A stretch of DNA of 64,000 bases from Isurus oxyrinchus (Eukaryota), in the NCBI GenBank assembly GCA_026770705.1, contig JANJGN010000021.1:88970001-89034000 (forward strand). The letters are read 5' to 3'. Below are positions 50,403 to 62,309 of this stretch, in pieces. The translations under genes and the position numbers were made by a program. Each line of letters starts with the position of its first letter. The first letter of the stretch is position 1. The notes beneath the pieces are model-generated. The model had not been told where the DNA came from. It saw only the letters and a program-made list of their open reading frames with translations, and searched no databases.

Positions 50403-52818
50403 GGACTGGAAAACCGCTAATATAAGGCTCTTGTTTAAGAAGGGAGTGAGGCAAAAGACGGGAAATTACAGGCCGATTAGCCTGCCTTCGGTCGTTGGTA
50501 AGATTTTAGAGTCCACTATTCAGGATGAGATATCAGAATACTTGGAAGTGCGTGATAAAATCGGGTAAAGTCAGCATGGTTTCATGAAAGGGAGGTCATG
50601 CCTGACAAGTCTGTTAGAATTCTTTGAGGAATTAACGAGTAGGTTAGACAAAGGAGAGCCAACGGATGTTATCTACTTAGACTTCCAGACAAGGTGCCAC
50701 ACAGGAGGCTGCTCAGTAAGATAAGAGCCCATGATGTTAGAGGCAAGGTACTAGAATGGATAGAAGATCAGGGACACCCAGGTCCACTCCTCCATCACCC
50801 CCTACTCCTCAACCCCCACCTATGGCACCTCCCCATGCCCATGCAAAGGATGCAACACCTGCCCCTTCACTTCCTCTCTCCTCACTGTCCAAGGGCCCAA
50901 ACACTCCTTTCAAGTGAAGCAGCATTTCACTTGCATTTCCCACAACTTAGTCTACTGCATTCGTTGCTCCCAATGCAGTCTCCTCTACATTGGAGAGACC
51001 AACCTTAAACTGGGTAACCCCTTTGCAGAACACCTGCAGTCTGTTCGCAAGAATGACCCACACCTCCCTGTTGCTTGCCATTTTAACACTCCACCCTGCT
51101 CTCTTGCCCACATGACTGTCCTTGATTTGCTGCATTGTTCCAGTGAAGCCCAACGCAAACTGGAGGAACAGCACCTCATCTTCCGACTAGGCACTTTACA
51201 GTCTTCCGGACTGAATATTGAATTCAGCAACTTTAGATCTTGAACTCCCTCCTCCATCCCCACCCCCTTTCTGTTTCTTCCCCCATCCTTTTGTTTTTTC
51301 CAATAATTTATATAAATTTCTTTTCCCACCTATTTCTATTATTTTTCAATCTTTTATGCCCTGCTAGTTTTTCCACCCCACCCCAACTAGAGCTGTACCT
51401 TGAGTGCCCTACCATCTATTCATAATTAGCACATTGGTTTAGATAATATCACCACCTTCAACACCTCTGTGTTCTTTTGTTTCTTCTGTGACATCTTCTG
51501 AATATCTGCTCCTATCACTGCTTGCTTGTCCCTACAACCACACCACCCCCACCCCCCCACTACTCTTCCGCCTCCCCCCCCCCCCCCCCCCCACCTTAAA
51601 CCAGCTTATATTTCACCCCTATCCTTATATTCATTCAGTTCTGTGGAAGGGTCATGAGGACTCAAAATGTCAACTCTTTTCTTCTCCGCTGATGCTGCCA
51701 GGCCTGCTGAGGTTTCCAGGTAATTCTGTTTTTGTTATGGATAGAAGATTGGCAGTCTGGCAGGAGGCAGAGTGGGGATAAGGGGGTCCTTCTCAGGATG
51801 GCGGCTGGTGACTCGTGGACTTCTGCAGGAGTCAGTGTTGGGACCACAAATTTTCACTTTATACATTAATGATCTAGATGAAGGAACTGAGGGCATCCTG
51901 CTAAGTTTGCAGATGATACAAAGATAGGTAGAGGGACAGGTAGTACTGAGGAGGTGGGGAGGCTGCAGAAGGATTTGGATAGGTTAGGAGAATGGGAAAA
52001 GAAGTAGCAGATTGAATACAACGTGGGGAAGAGTGAGGTCATGCACTTTGGTAGGAAGAATAGAGGCATAGACTATTTTCTAACTGTGGAGAGAATTCAT
52101 AAATCTGGAGTGCAAAGGGACTTGGGAGTCCTAGTCCAGGATTCTCTTAAGGTTAACTTGCATGTTGACATGGTAGTTAGGAAGGCAAATGCAATGTTGG
52201 CATTTTTTACGAGAGGTCTAGAATATAAAAGCAGGGATGTGCTGCTGAGGCTTTATAAGACTCTGGTCAGGCCACATTTCGAATATTGTGAGCAATTTTG
52301 GGCCCCATTTCTCAGTAAGGAGAGGGTCCAGAGGAGGTTCACGAGAGTGATCCCAGGAATGAAAGGCTTAACATATGAGGAACGTTTGAGGACTCTGGGT
52401 CTACACTTGATGGAGTTCAGAAGGATGAGGGGAATCTGATTGAAACTTACAGAATACTGAAAGGCCTGGATAGAGTGGATGTGGGGAAGATGTTTCCATT
52501 AGTCGGAGAGACTGGTACACGAGGGCACAGCCTCAGAGTAAAGGGAAGACCTTTTAGAACAGAGATGAGGAGAAACTTTTTTAGCCAGAGAGTGGTGAAT
52601 CTATGGAATTCATTGCCACAGAAGGCTGTGGAGGCCAGGTCATTGAGTGTATTTAAGACCGAGATAGATCGGTTCTTGATTGGTAAGGGGATCAAAGGTT
52701 ACGGGGAGAAGGTGGGAGAATGAGGATGAGAAACTTATCAGCCATGATTGAACGGCGGAGTAGACTTGATGGGCTGAATGGCCTAATTTCTGCTCCGTTG
52801 TCTTATGGTCTTATGGTC
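50403..52818 (+). mobile_element. CR1 LINE in intron 2 of copy A, inserted inside a tRNA-SINE (head about 50350-50402, body about 52819-53112)
   Basis: NYRPISL, LDFQ, KFADD, FFSQRVVNLWNSL, tail tcttatggtcttatggtc; SINE B-box ggttcaaatccc resumes after it. Confidence 0.9.
50769..51736 (+). mobile_element. Penelope-like element (GIY-YIG end + 3' UTR) with 13-bp TSD
   Basis: NLVYCIRCSQCSLLYIGET GIY-YIG motif; ATGGATAGAAGAT at 50756-50768 and 51737-51749; site empty in copy B (about 59830). Confidence 0.93.
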
Positions 52819-53161
52819 AATGCCCATGGGACACAGGTTCAAATCCCACCATGACGGCAAGTGGAATTTAAATTCAATTAATAAAATCTGAAATAAGTAA
52901 CGGTGACCACGAAACTATTCTCCATTGCTCCAAAATCACATGTGGTTCACTAATGCCCTTTAGGGAAGAGAATTTGCCAATCTTACCTGGTCCTTTCGAC
53001 ATGTGACTCCAGACCCACACAGCAATGATGTTGCCTCTTAAAAGCCCCAGCGAGAATTCAAGCGCAGTTAGGGATGGGGAACGAATACTGGCGCCCGCAT
53101 CCCACGAAATATTAATTTAGAAAAAATGAAGTTTTTCTAAGTGTCAAAATTCTTGTTGCAG

Positions 53162-53297
53162 ATTCTGAGACCCCTCCCCCGAACGTCTCGGAGCGAACGG
53201 ACACCCCCAGAGATCTCCCGAGCACCGAGCCGCTGACCTGCTCCGTCTGACCATCTTTGGCGGTTTCAGTGTGCTCGGGGCCTGTCTGTACTTGTGT
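53162..53297 (+). CDS. Ig-V gene copy A, exon 3 (stalk DSETPPPNVSERTDTPRDLPSTEPLTCSV*; overlapping TM frame ADLLRLTIFGGFSVLGACLYLC)
   Basis: Acceptor ttcttgttgcag; phase-1 frame stops at 53248-53250; TM lies in another frame; GTAAGT at 53298; conserved in copy B. Confidence 0.65.
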
Positions 53298-53453
53298 GTA
53301 AGTCGGAGATACAGACAGAACCGACAGCGGCAAAACAACACACACACAGCCGGACATGGAGATGGTTCGTGCTGTTTCTCCAGGGTTTCTGCCGGTCTTG
53401 CCTCGACTTTCGGGAGAGTGGGAGATCTCCGCTCCCTCTTCTCCTCTCCCCAG

Positions 53454-53537
53454 GACATTTTCTCCATTTTGAACACTTTTGTGAAACCCGCCTGCGGAAT
53501 CCCAGCTACAGTCCCAGCGCTCCAGACCTCAGTGTGA
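53454..53537 (+). CDS. Ig-V gene copy A, candidate exon 4 (DIFSILNTFVKPACGIPATVPALQTSV*)
   Basis: Strong acceptor ccctcttctcctctccccag; phase 0, in frame with the TM; equivalent 61554-61637 in copy B. Confidence 0.35.
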   Translation, partial: DIFSILNTFVKPACGIPATVPALQTSV

Positions 53538-54237
53538 ACTGGGGAGATGGCTCCTCACGGCACATCTCCGATAGGAATTCTAGTCCTGTCTTCCGCACAC
53601 ACCATTTGGAAATTGCGCATCCCCGCCCTTTGATCTCTTTCCCACAGCCTTTCACTGGATTCACCGCCCCCAAGCATCCCCACCACCGCCACCCCCCCCA
53701 CCTCCGCCGCCACCCAAACCCCCCACCGCCGCGGCTGTTCGTCTTTTCTGGGCCATTCTCCCCGACCGTCAGTTGCTGCAGTTTGTATAAATCACAGCTT
53801 ATTGGCTTAGTGAGTGTGAGTTGACACATTCACCTGCCGTTTTTGTTGATCACTTGCACCTTCTACAGCTGAACTTCAAACTGAGAAAGAACAAATTCAT
53901 CCTCACTTAATGCGAAATATGTTCAGCAAATTAAATCCGTGATAATTAAGTTCGGGTTTGGTCCCGTCACTGCTGAATGAACATTGGCGCGCAGCCAGTG
54001 GGCAAAGTGAGGGCAGAAATAATCACTGGAAGGGATTAAGTGGACAGGAGCAACTAAAATTTACACCTTTCACAATCTCAGGACGCCCCAGGGCCTTTCG
54101 CCCGCAGTAAAGTAGATTTAAAATGTAGTGGCCGTTGTAATGTCAGGAAACGCCAAATGCAGTTCGTGCAGAACAAGATTCCAGGAATAATAAAATAATC
54201 CTGCCATTCCAGCAATTATTAAGGTGAGCATTTCTTA

Positions 54238-56625
54238 GACAAAAGCAAAAAACTGCGGATGCTGGAAATTCAAAACATAAACAAAAATGCCTGGAAAACC
54301 TCAGCAGGTCTGACAGCATCTGCGGAGAGGAATACAGTTAACGTTTCGAGTCCGTATGACTTTCAACAGAACTAAGGAAAAATAGAAAAGTGGTGAAATA
54401 GAAGCTGAGTTAAGGGTGGGGGGGTGGGGGATGGTTCAAGTAGAGCTGGATAGAGGGCCAGTGATAGGTGGAGATAACCAGAAGATGTCATAGACAAAAG
54501 GAAAAAGAGGTGCTGAATGTGGTGATATTATCCAAGGAATGTGATAATAGGTGACAATGAGGGTAGAAAGCAGGACGAGCAAGGTTCAGAAAGGCCTAGT
54601 GGGGGTGGGGTGGGGGGAAGGGATCGAAATAGGCCAAAAGTAGAGATAAAACAACGGATGTAAATACATTTAAAAGTAATGGAAATAGGTGGGAAAGAAA
54701 AATGTATATAAATTATTGGGAAAAGGGGGTATCAGAAAGGGGGTGGGGATGGAGGAGAGAGTTCATGATCTAAAATTGTTGAACTCACTATTCAGTCCAG
54801 AAGGCTGTAAAGTGCCTTGTCAGAAGACGATGTGCTGTTCCTCCAGTTTGTGTTGAGCTTCACTGGAACAATGCAGCAGGCCAAGGACGGACATGTGTCA
54901 TGGGAGCAGGGTGGAGTGTTGAAATGACAATGCGACAGGGAGGTCTGGGTCATGCTTGTGGACAAACCAAAGCTGTTCTGCAAAGTGGTCACCCAGTCTG
55001 CGTTTGGTCTCTCCAATGTAGAGGAAACCTCAACAAAAACAGAATTACCTGGAAAAACTCAGCAGTCTGGCAGCATTGGCGGAGAAGAAAAGATTTGACG
55101 TTTCGAGTCCTCATGACCCTTCGACAGAACTTGAGTTCGAGTCCAAGAAAGAGTTGAAATATAAGCTGGTTTTAGAGGAAACCTCCTTGGGAGCAGCGAA
55201 TGCAGTAGACTAAATTGAGGGAAGTGCAAGTGAAATGATGCTTCATTTGAAAGGAGTGTTTGGGCCCTTGGAGAGTGAGGAGATGGGAAGTAAAGGGGCA
55301 GGTGTTGCACCTTCTGCGGTTGCAAGGCAAGGTGCCATGGGAGGGGTTTGTGGTGTAGTGGGTAATGAAGTAGTGGACCAGGGTGACCGGAGGAAATGAT
55401 CCCTGCGGAATGCCGCCGGGGTGGGTGAAGGGAAGATATGTTTGGTTTTGGCATCACGTTGAAGTTGGCGGAAATAGCGGAGGATCATCCTTGGAATGCA
55501 GAGGCTGGTGGGGTCATAAATAAGGACGAGGAGGACCCTATCATGTTTCTGGGAGGGAGAGGAAGGTGTGAGGGTGGATGCGCAGGAGCTGGGCTGGACA
55601 CGGTTGAGAGCCCTGTCAAACACTGTGGGTGGAAAACCTCGGTTAAGGAAGAAGGAACTGTTTTTGAAAGAGGCATCATCAGAAAAGAGATGAAAGAGGT
55701 GAAGGAACTAAGGGAATGGGATGGAGCCCTTACGGGATGCAGGTTGTGAGGAGCTGTAGTCGAGGTAGATGTTGGAGTCAATAGGCTTGTAATGAATATT
55801 GTTGGACAATCTATCACCAGAAGTTGAGACAGAGAGATCAAGGAAGGGAAGGGAAGTGTCAGAGATGGACCATGTGAAAATGATGGAGGGGTGGAAATTG
55901 GAAGCAAAATTAACAAATTTTTCCAGGTCCAGATGAGAGCATGAAGCAGCAGCGAAGCAATCATCAATGTACTGGAGAAAGAGTTGTGGGAGGAGGCAGA
56001 GTAGGAGTGGAACAATGAATGTTCAAAGCACCCCATAAAAAGACACGCATAACTGGGACTCATGTGGGTTCCCATATCCACATCTTTTATTTGGAGGAAG
56101 TAGGAGGAGTTTAAAGAGAAATTGTTCAGTGAGAGAACAAGTTCAGCCAGATGGTGGAGAGTTGTAGTGCATGGGGATTGTTCAGGCCTCTGTTCGAGGA
56201 AGAAGCAGAGAGCCATCAGACCATCCCAGTGGGGGATGGAGGTGTAGCAGGATTGGATGTCCATGGTGAAGAGGAGGCGGTTGGGGCCAGGAAACTGTAA
56301 ATGGTTGTTATGATGTAGGGTGTCAGAGGAATCACGGATGTAGATGGGAAGAGACTGGACAAGAGGGGAGAGAATTGGGTCAAGATAGGAAGAAATTAGT
56401 TCCTTGGGGCTGGGACAGTCCTGTTTGTGGATTTTGGGTAGGAGGTAGAAGCGGGCCATCCAAGGCTGGGAGACTATGAGGTTGGAAGCTGTGGAAAGAA
56501 GATCTCCAGAAGGGCTGATGTCTGTAACAGTCCTGGAAAGAATGGCTTGATGTTCAGTGGTGGGGTTCATGGTCCACGGGGAGGTAGGAGGAAGTGTCTG
56601 TGAGTTGACACAGCCTCTGCGAGTT
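54238..56625 (-). mobile_element. Penelope-like element (RT + GIY-YIG pseudogene, terminus with hammerhead fold at 54336-54373)
   Basis: ARFYLLPKIHK, LFTMDIQSCYTSIPH, MGTHMSPSYACLF; a younger PLE end is nested at 55032-55172 with TSD TAGAGGAAACCTC (55019-31, 55173-85). Confidence 0.92.
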
Positions 56626-57527
56626 ATTTCTTAGACTACATCTATGACAAGTATATCCTTCCTTAGAAAGGACACCAAAACTGTGCACAATACTCCAGGT
56701 GTGGTCTCACCAAGGCTCTATGCAATTGCAGCAAAACTTTTTGATTCCTGTATTCAATCCTCTTGCAATAAAGACCAACATATCAGCTCCCTTCCGAATT
56801 GCTTGTGGCACCTGCATGTTAGCTTTCTGTGACGAATGAACAAGGACACCCAGGTCCTTCGGACATCAACATTTCCCAACATCGTGGATGTAGATCATCA
56901 GGTCCAGGGTGTTTATCACCTTTCAGTACCATTGATTCCTCAACTATTATGTTGTTAATAATACAAATTTTTTTCAGTTCCTCATTCTTCGAAGTCCCTT
57001 GCTTCTTACTTAAAGGATGCTTTTTGATCCTTCCTCCATGAAATCAGAGACAAAGCATTTGTTTAGTTTCTCTGCCATTCTCCTTATTCTCCACTACAAA
57101 TTCTCTTGCCTCCCTCCGCCTGGTGAGCAGAGTCCCACAGGGGTCTGTTCTGGGGCCTCAAATTTTTAAAAATTACATCAATGGCTTAGATGAGGAGAGT
57201 GAAGGCACGGTAGCTACATTTGCAGATGAGAGTGATGTTAGATTAGTCTGCACATCTATAACAACCACCGTTACCAATTATAGTTAGTTCTATCTTGATA
57301 ATTTTCAAAAGATTTATTAACGTGCACATGCAAACCATGGAGCTCATCTTTCACATATTGTTAACTGGGCGCAAGGCTGAAAACGTCAGAGATACAAGTT
57401 TCCGCTTGTTGATCATTTCTGCTGCTGACTGCTCCCAACCACAGGTTTCTCCACTGAATCGCGTGTACAAAGTGGCCTCCATCTCATTCGGATCCTCTCG
57501 TTCGCTCATTACTTTGATGACGGGAAT

Positions 57528-57603
57528 ATGGGCAGAGAAAGAAGTCGCTTCTTTAAATTCACCAGCGTTTGCCTTTTCACCAGTTACTTTATTTCCACCT
57601 GTA
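57528..57603 (+). CDS. Ig-V gene copy B, exon 1 (signal peptide MGRERSRFFKFTSVCLFTSYFISTC)
   Basis: ATG, 76 nt, GTAAGT donor at 57604, phase 1. Confidence 0.85.
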
Positions 57604-58855
57604 GTAAGTCCTTTGATTTTTTACAATGAAGAAATTCTACCTGTAATTTTGCTGGACTCTGTGCGGCTATTTGCTGATGATGTTTACTCAGAGCTGAGGC
57701 TCCATCACTCACTCATCCCGCGAGTGAAGCTAAACTCATTTTATATGATCTTCAGACTCATTCAGCGAGTCTCCTGTGACCTGTCCTCTAGTTCATGTTC
57801 GGCAGATGGTTACCCTGACCCTTTAACTGTAGCCGGGATTTATTAATAACCACATCTTCAGAGGTTTTACCGTTTTGATTATTAATTATTAAATTGCCAA
57901 TGTTCTCTTCTGTGTCAAAACATGTATAATAGTGTCAGATTGGATAAATTGGTCTCTAACATGTATTTACTTAATGATTTTAACAATGAGTTTACAGCAA
58001 ATTGACGACGCAAGAGCAGGCCACTCGGCCCAACAATTCTAAGGCGAAGACTCCTCACGAACCTGCTCCAAGTCTTTTCAGTCCATCCCACCCTATCAAC
58101 ATATCCTTTGACTCCTTTCTCCCTGTGTCGCCTGACTGACCCGATAAAATTATGCCCTGTGGACTCAAGTCTGGGTCATTAATGAATATGGGGGCGGGAG
58201 GGGGAAACATTCAGAGACATCGTGATATAATGAACGTTCAATCCAACAAAAAGCAACCGTTCACATTGAATCTGTCTTTCTCTCGCTCAGTCAATTTCAC
58301 ATCTTTGCTGCGCACGTCCCCTTTTTATTCCATTGGCACCAACTTTGCTGACATCTCTGAACTTTGTCAAAAGGCTTGTTGAACCCACGTTGAAAATATT
58401 AATCACCAAACTCTCCTCATTACCTTCCCAAAAATTCCAAACAAGTTGGTCAAGCACCTACCCTTAACAAATGAAAGCAAAATACTGCGGATGCTGGTGA
58501 TCTCAGATAAAAACAGGAAATGCTAGAAAAACTCAGCAGGTCAGGCAGCTTCTGTGGAGAGAGAAACTGAGTGAATGTTTCAGGTCAAGGACCTTTCTTC
58601 AGGACGGTTTTATTTCCCTGAACAAATCCTTGCTGACTGTCTCTGATTCAATCGGTTTCTTCCTAATTGCCGATTGATGCTGTCCCACAGATTTTCTTTC
58701 CAGTCAAGTGTCTTTTTTGTTGATGCTGCAGGTGTTTATCTTTTATTTGAAACCAATGTGGTGATTTATAACCAGCCTCCTGTGTGAAAACTGTGACTTG
58801 GGATTTTAAACTGTTCCTTCCCGAAACTGATTTCTTGTTTTTGGTGTTGTTGCAG

Positions 58856-59248
58856 CCTCTGGGAGCGGTGTTACTGTGAGGGTCCAGCAGAGAGAATTGA
58901 AAGGGACCGTGACCCAGTCTGTCCTTCTCCCTGTCTCCTACTCCACACTCACACCCTACTCCGCTTTAAAGATACAGTGGCGTCTATTCCCCAGAGAAAT
59001 CCCATTTGTGACACTGACCCGATCAAGCTGCTCCCGACACCCTGACAGACCCGGTTATAACTGTTCAGATCGCACGGAGACCGCTCCTTTCAACCGGTAC
59101 CGAGTTCACCTCTACCCGGGGAATGGATCCTTGTTGCTGCGGGATTTACAGCCCAGTGACAGCGGCGCTTATGTGATATCTGTTTATGCTGATGGTGAGA
59201 ATGTAGCCAGGGAAGACAATGTGACTTTAACCGTCTATAACCAGACAG
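58856..59248 (+). CDS. Ig-V gene copy B, exon 2: V-set domain
   Basis: 393 nt phase 1-1, about 96% identical to copy A by manual count; weaker donor GTTATG. Confidence 0.92.
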
Positions 59249-59467
59249 GTTATGTTCACACTGTTTTTATCGCATTATTCCTCGGTGCTGTTTCTTAATA
59301 AATGAACGTGTTTTAACTGCACCTTCCTTTTCCCTGTCACTTCGAGTTGAACTGAATAATCTGAACACTTTGATAAAGAATTATTAACTTCTATTTTCAA
59401 TCTAATGGAGTGGGCGGTGGGGGGCTGAGTGGTGTCGTGGTAATGTCACTAGTGATCTGGAGCCCCA

Positions 59468-60917
59468 GTACTGGAAAACCGCTAATGTAACCCCCCGTTT
59501 AAGAAGGGAGTTAGGCAAAATACGGGGAATTACAGGCGGATTAGCCTGACGTCGGTCGTTGGTGAAATTTTAGAGTCCATTATTAATTATGAGATTTCAG
59601 AATACTTGGAAGTGCATAGTAAAACAGGGCAAAGACAGCATGGTTTCATCAAGGGGAGGTGATACCTGACAAATCTGTTAGAATTCTTTGAGGAAGTAAC
59701 GAGTAGATTAGACAAAGGAGAGCCAATGGATGTTATCTACCTGAACTTCCAGAAGGCCTTTGACAAGGTGCCGCACAGGAGGCTGCTCAGTAAGATAAGA
59801 GCCCATGGTGTTAGAGGCAAGGTACTAGCATGGATAGAAGACTTTCTGTCTGGCAGGAGGCAGAGTGTGGGGATAAGTGGGTCCTCCTCATGATGGCGGC
59901 TGGTGACTAGTGGAGTTCTGCAGGGGTCAGTGTTGGGATGACAAATTTTCACTTTATACATTAATGATCTAGATGAAGAAACTGACAGCATTCTGGCTAA
60001 GTTTGCAGAGGATACAAAGATAGGTGGAGGGACAGGTAGTATTGAGGAGGCGGGGAGGCTGCAGAATGATTTGGACAGGTTAGGAGAATGGGCTAAGGAG
60101 TGGCAGATGGAATACAACATGGGCGAGTGTGAGGTCATGCACTTTGGTAGGAAGAATAGAGGCATAGACTATTTTCTAAATGGGGAGAGAATTCAGAAAT
60201 CTGGAGTGGAAAGGGAGTTGGGAGTCTTCGTCCAGGATTCCCTGAAGGTTAACGTGCAGTTTGAGTCAGTAGTTAGGAAGGCAAATGCAATGTTGCCATT
60301 TATTTTGAGAGGACTAGAATTAAACCAGGGATGTGCTGCAGAGGCTTTATAAGGCTCTGGTCAGACCACATTTAGATTATTGTGAGCAATTTTGGGCCCC
60401 ATATCTCATAAGGATGTGTTGGCCCTGGAGTGTGTACAGAGGAGGTTCACATGAATGATGCCAGGAATGAAAGGCTTAACATATGAGGAACGTTTGAGGA
60501 CTCTGGGTCTATACTTGATGGAGTTCAGAAGGATGAGGGGGGATCTGATTGAAACTTAGAGAATACTGAAAGGCCTGGATAGAGTGGACGTGGGGAAGAT
60601 GTTTCCATTAAGAGGAGAGACAAGGACCCGAGGGCACAGCCTCAGAATAAAGGGAAAACCTTTTAGAACAGGAATGAGGGGAGACTTCTTTAGACAGAGA
60701 GTGGTGAATCTATGGAATTCATTGCCACAGAAGGCTGCGGCGTCCAGGCCATTGAGTGTATTTAAGACCGAGATAGATAGGTTCTTGATTGGTAAGAGGA
60801 TCAAAGGGTACGGGGAGAATGAGGTTGAGAAACTTATCAGCCATGATTGAATGGAGGAGCAGACTTGATGGGCCGAATGGCCTAATTTCTGCTCCTTTGT
60901 CTTATGGTCTTATGGTC
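59468..60917 (+). mobile_element. CR1 LINE in intron 2 of copy B, inside the same SINE (body about 60918-61212)
   Basis: Same insertion point and ends as 50403-52818, without the PLE insertion. Confidence 0.9.
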
Positions 60918-61260
60918 AATGCCCATGGGACTCAGGTTCAAATCCCACCATGACGGCGAGTGGAATTTACATTCAATTAATAAAATCTGAAATAAGTAAC
61001 GGTGACCACGAAACTATTCTCCATTGCTCCAAAATCATATGTGGTTCACTAATGCCCTTTAGGGAAGAGAATTTGCCAATCTTACCTGGTCCTTTCTACA
61101 TGCGACTCCAGACCCACACAGCAATGCTGTTGCGTCTTAAATGCCCCAGCGAGCATTCAAGCACAATTAGGGATGGGGACCGAATGCTGGCGCCCGCATC
61201 CCACGAAATATTAATTTAGAAAAAATGAAGTTTTTCCAAATGTCAAAATTCTTGCTGCAG

Positions 61261-61396
61261 ATTCTGAGACCCCTCTCTCGAGTGTCTCGAAGCGAACGGA
61301 GACCCCCAGAGATCTCCCGAGCACCGAGCCGCTGACCTGCTCCGTCTGACCATCTTTGGCGGTTTCAGTGTGCTCGGGGCCTGTCTGTACTTGTGT
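61261..61396 (+). CDS. Ig-V gene copy B, exon 3 (DSETPLSSVSKRTETPRDLPSTEPLTCSV*; overlapping TM frame)
   Basis: Acceptor ttcttgctgcag; same two-frame arrangement as copy A; GTGAGT at 61397. Confidence 0.62.
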
Positions 61397-62309
61397 GTGA
61401 GTCGGAGATACAGAGAGAAGCGACAGCGGCAAAACAACACACACACAGCCGGACATGGAGATGGTTCGTGCTGTTTCTCCAGGGTTTCTGCCGGTCTTGC
61501 CTCGACTTTCGGGCAGCGTGGGAGATCTCTGTTCCCTCTTCGCCTCTCCCCAGGATATTTTCTCCATTTTGGACACTTGTGTGAAACCCGCCTGCGGAAT
61601 CCCAGCTACAGTCCCAGCGCTCCTGACCTCAGTGTGAACTGGGGAGATGGCTCCTCACGGCACATCTCCGATAGGAATTCTCGTCCTGTCTTTTGCAAAC
61701 TCCCTCTGGAAATTGCCAACCCGCCCTTTGATCTCTTTTCCACAGACTTTCACCGGGATTCACTGTTCCCCACCCGACAACAGCCCCCCACCCCTCCCGC
61801 CTCCGCGGCTGTTCGGCTTTTCAGGTCCATTCTGCCGACCGTCAGTTGCTGTAGTTTGTATAATTCACAGCTCATTGGCTTAGTGTGTGAGTTGACACAA
61901 TGGCCTGCCGTTTATGGTGATCACTTGCATCTTCTACAGCAGAACTTCAAACTGAGAAAGAACAAATTCATCCTCACTTAATGCGAAATATGATCGGCAA
62001 ATTAAATCCGTGATAATTAAGTTCGGGTTTGGTCCCGTCACTGCTGAATGAACATTGGCGCGCAGCCAGTGGGCAAAGTGAGGGCAGAAATAATCACTGG
62101 AAGGGATTAAGTGGACAGGAATCAACTAAAATTTACACCTTTCACAATCTCAGGACGCCCCAGGGCCTTTCGCCCGCAGTAAAGTGCATTTAAAATGTAG
62201 CGGCCGTTGTAATGCCAGGAAACGTCAAAGGCAGTTCGTGCAGAGCAAGATTCCAGTATTAATAAAATAATCCTGCCATTCCAGGAATTATTTAGGTGAG
62301 CATTTCTTA

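Noticed and set aside
50752-50763. TAGAATGGATAG in CR1 as the source of the satellite monomer
   Set aside because: Only a 12-bp match, and copy B has TAGCATGGATAG; likely coincidence
51637-51675. Sense-strand intronic hammerhead inactivated by selection (GAAACGUC to AAAAUGUC)
   Set aside because: Both changes are CpG transitions, so ordinary methyl-C decay explains them
53112-53476. Minus-strand ORFs repeated at 61211-61576
   Set aside because: Similarity is due to the recent duplication; frames differ between copies and splice signals favour the + strand
57295-57846. 183-aa ORF (and paralogous 45773-46081) as a gene
   Set aside because: It overlaps the leader exon in another frame; ORF extent is not conserved between copies, whereas the 76-nt ATG-to-GTAAGT exon is
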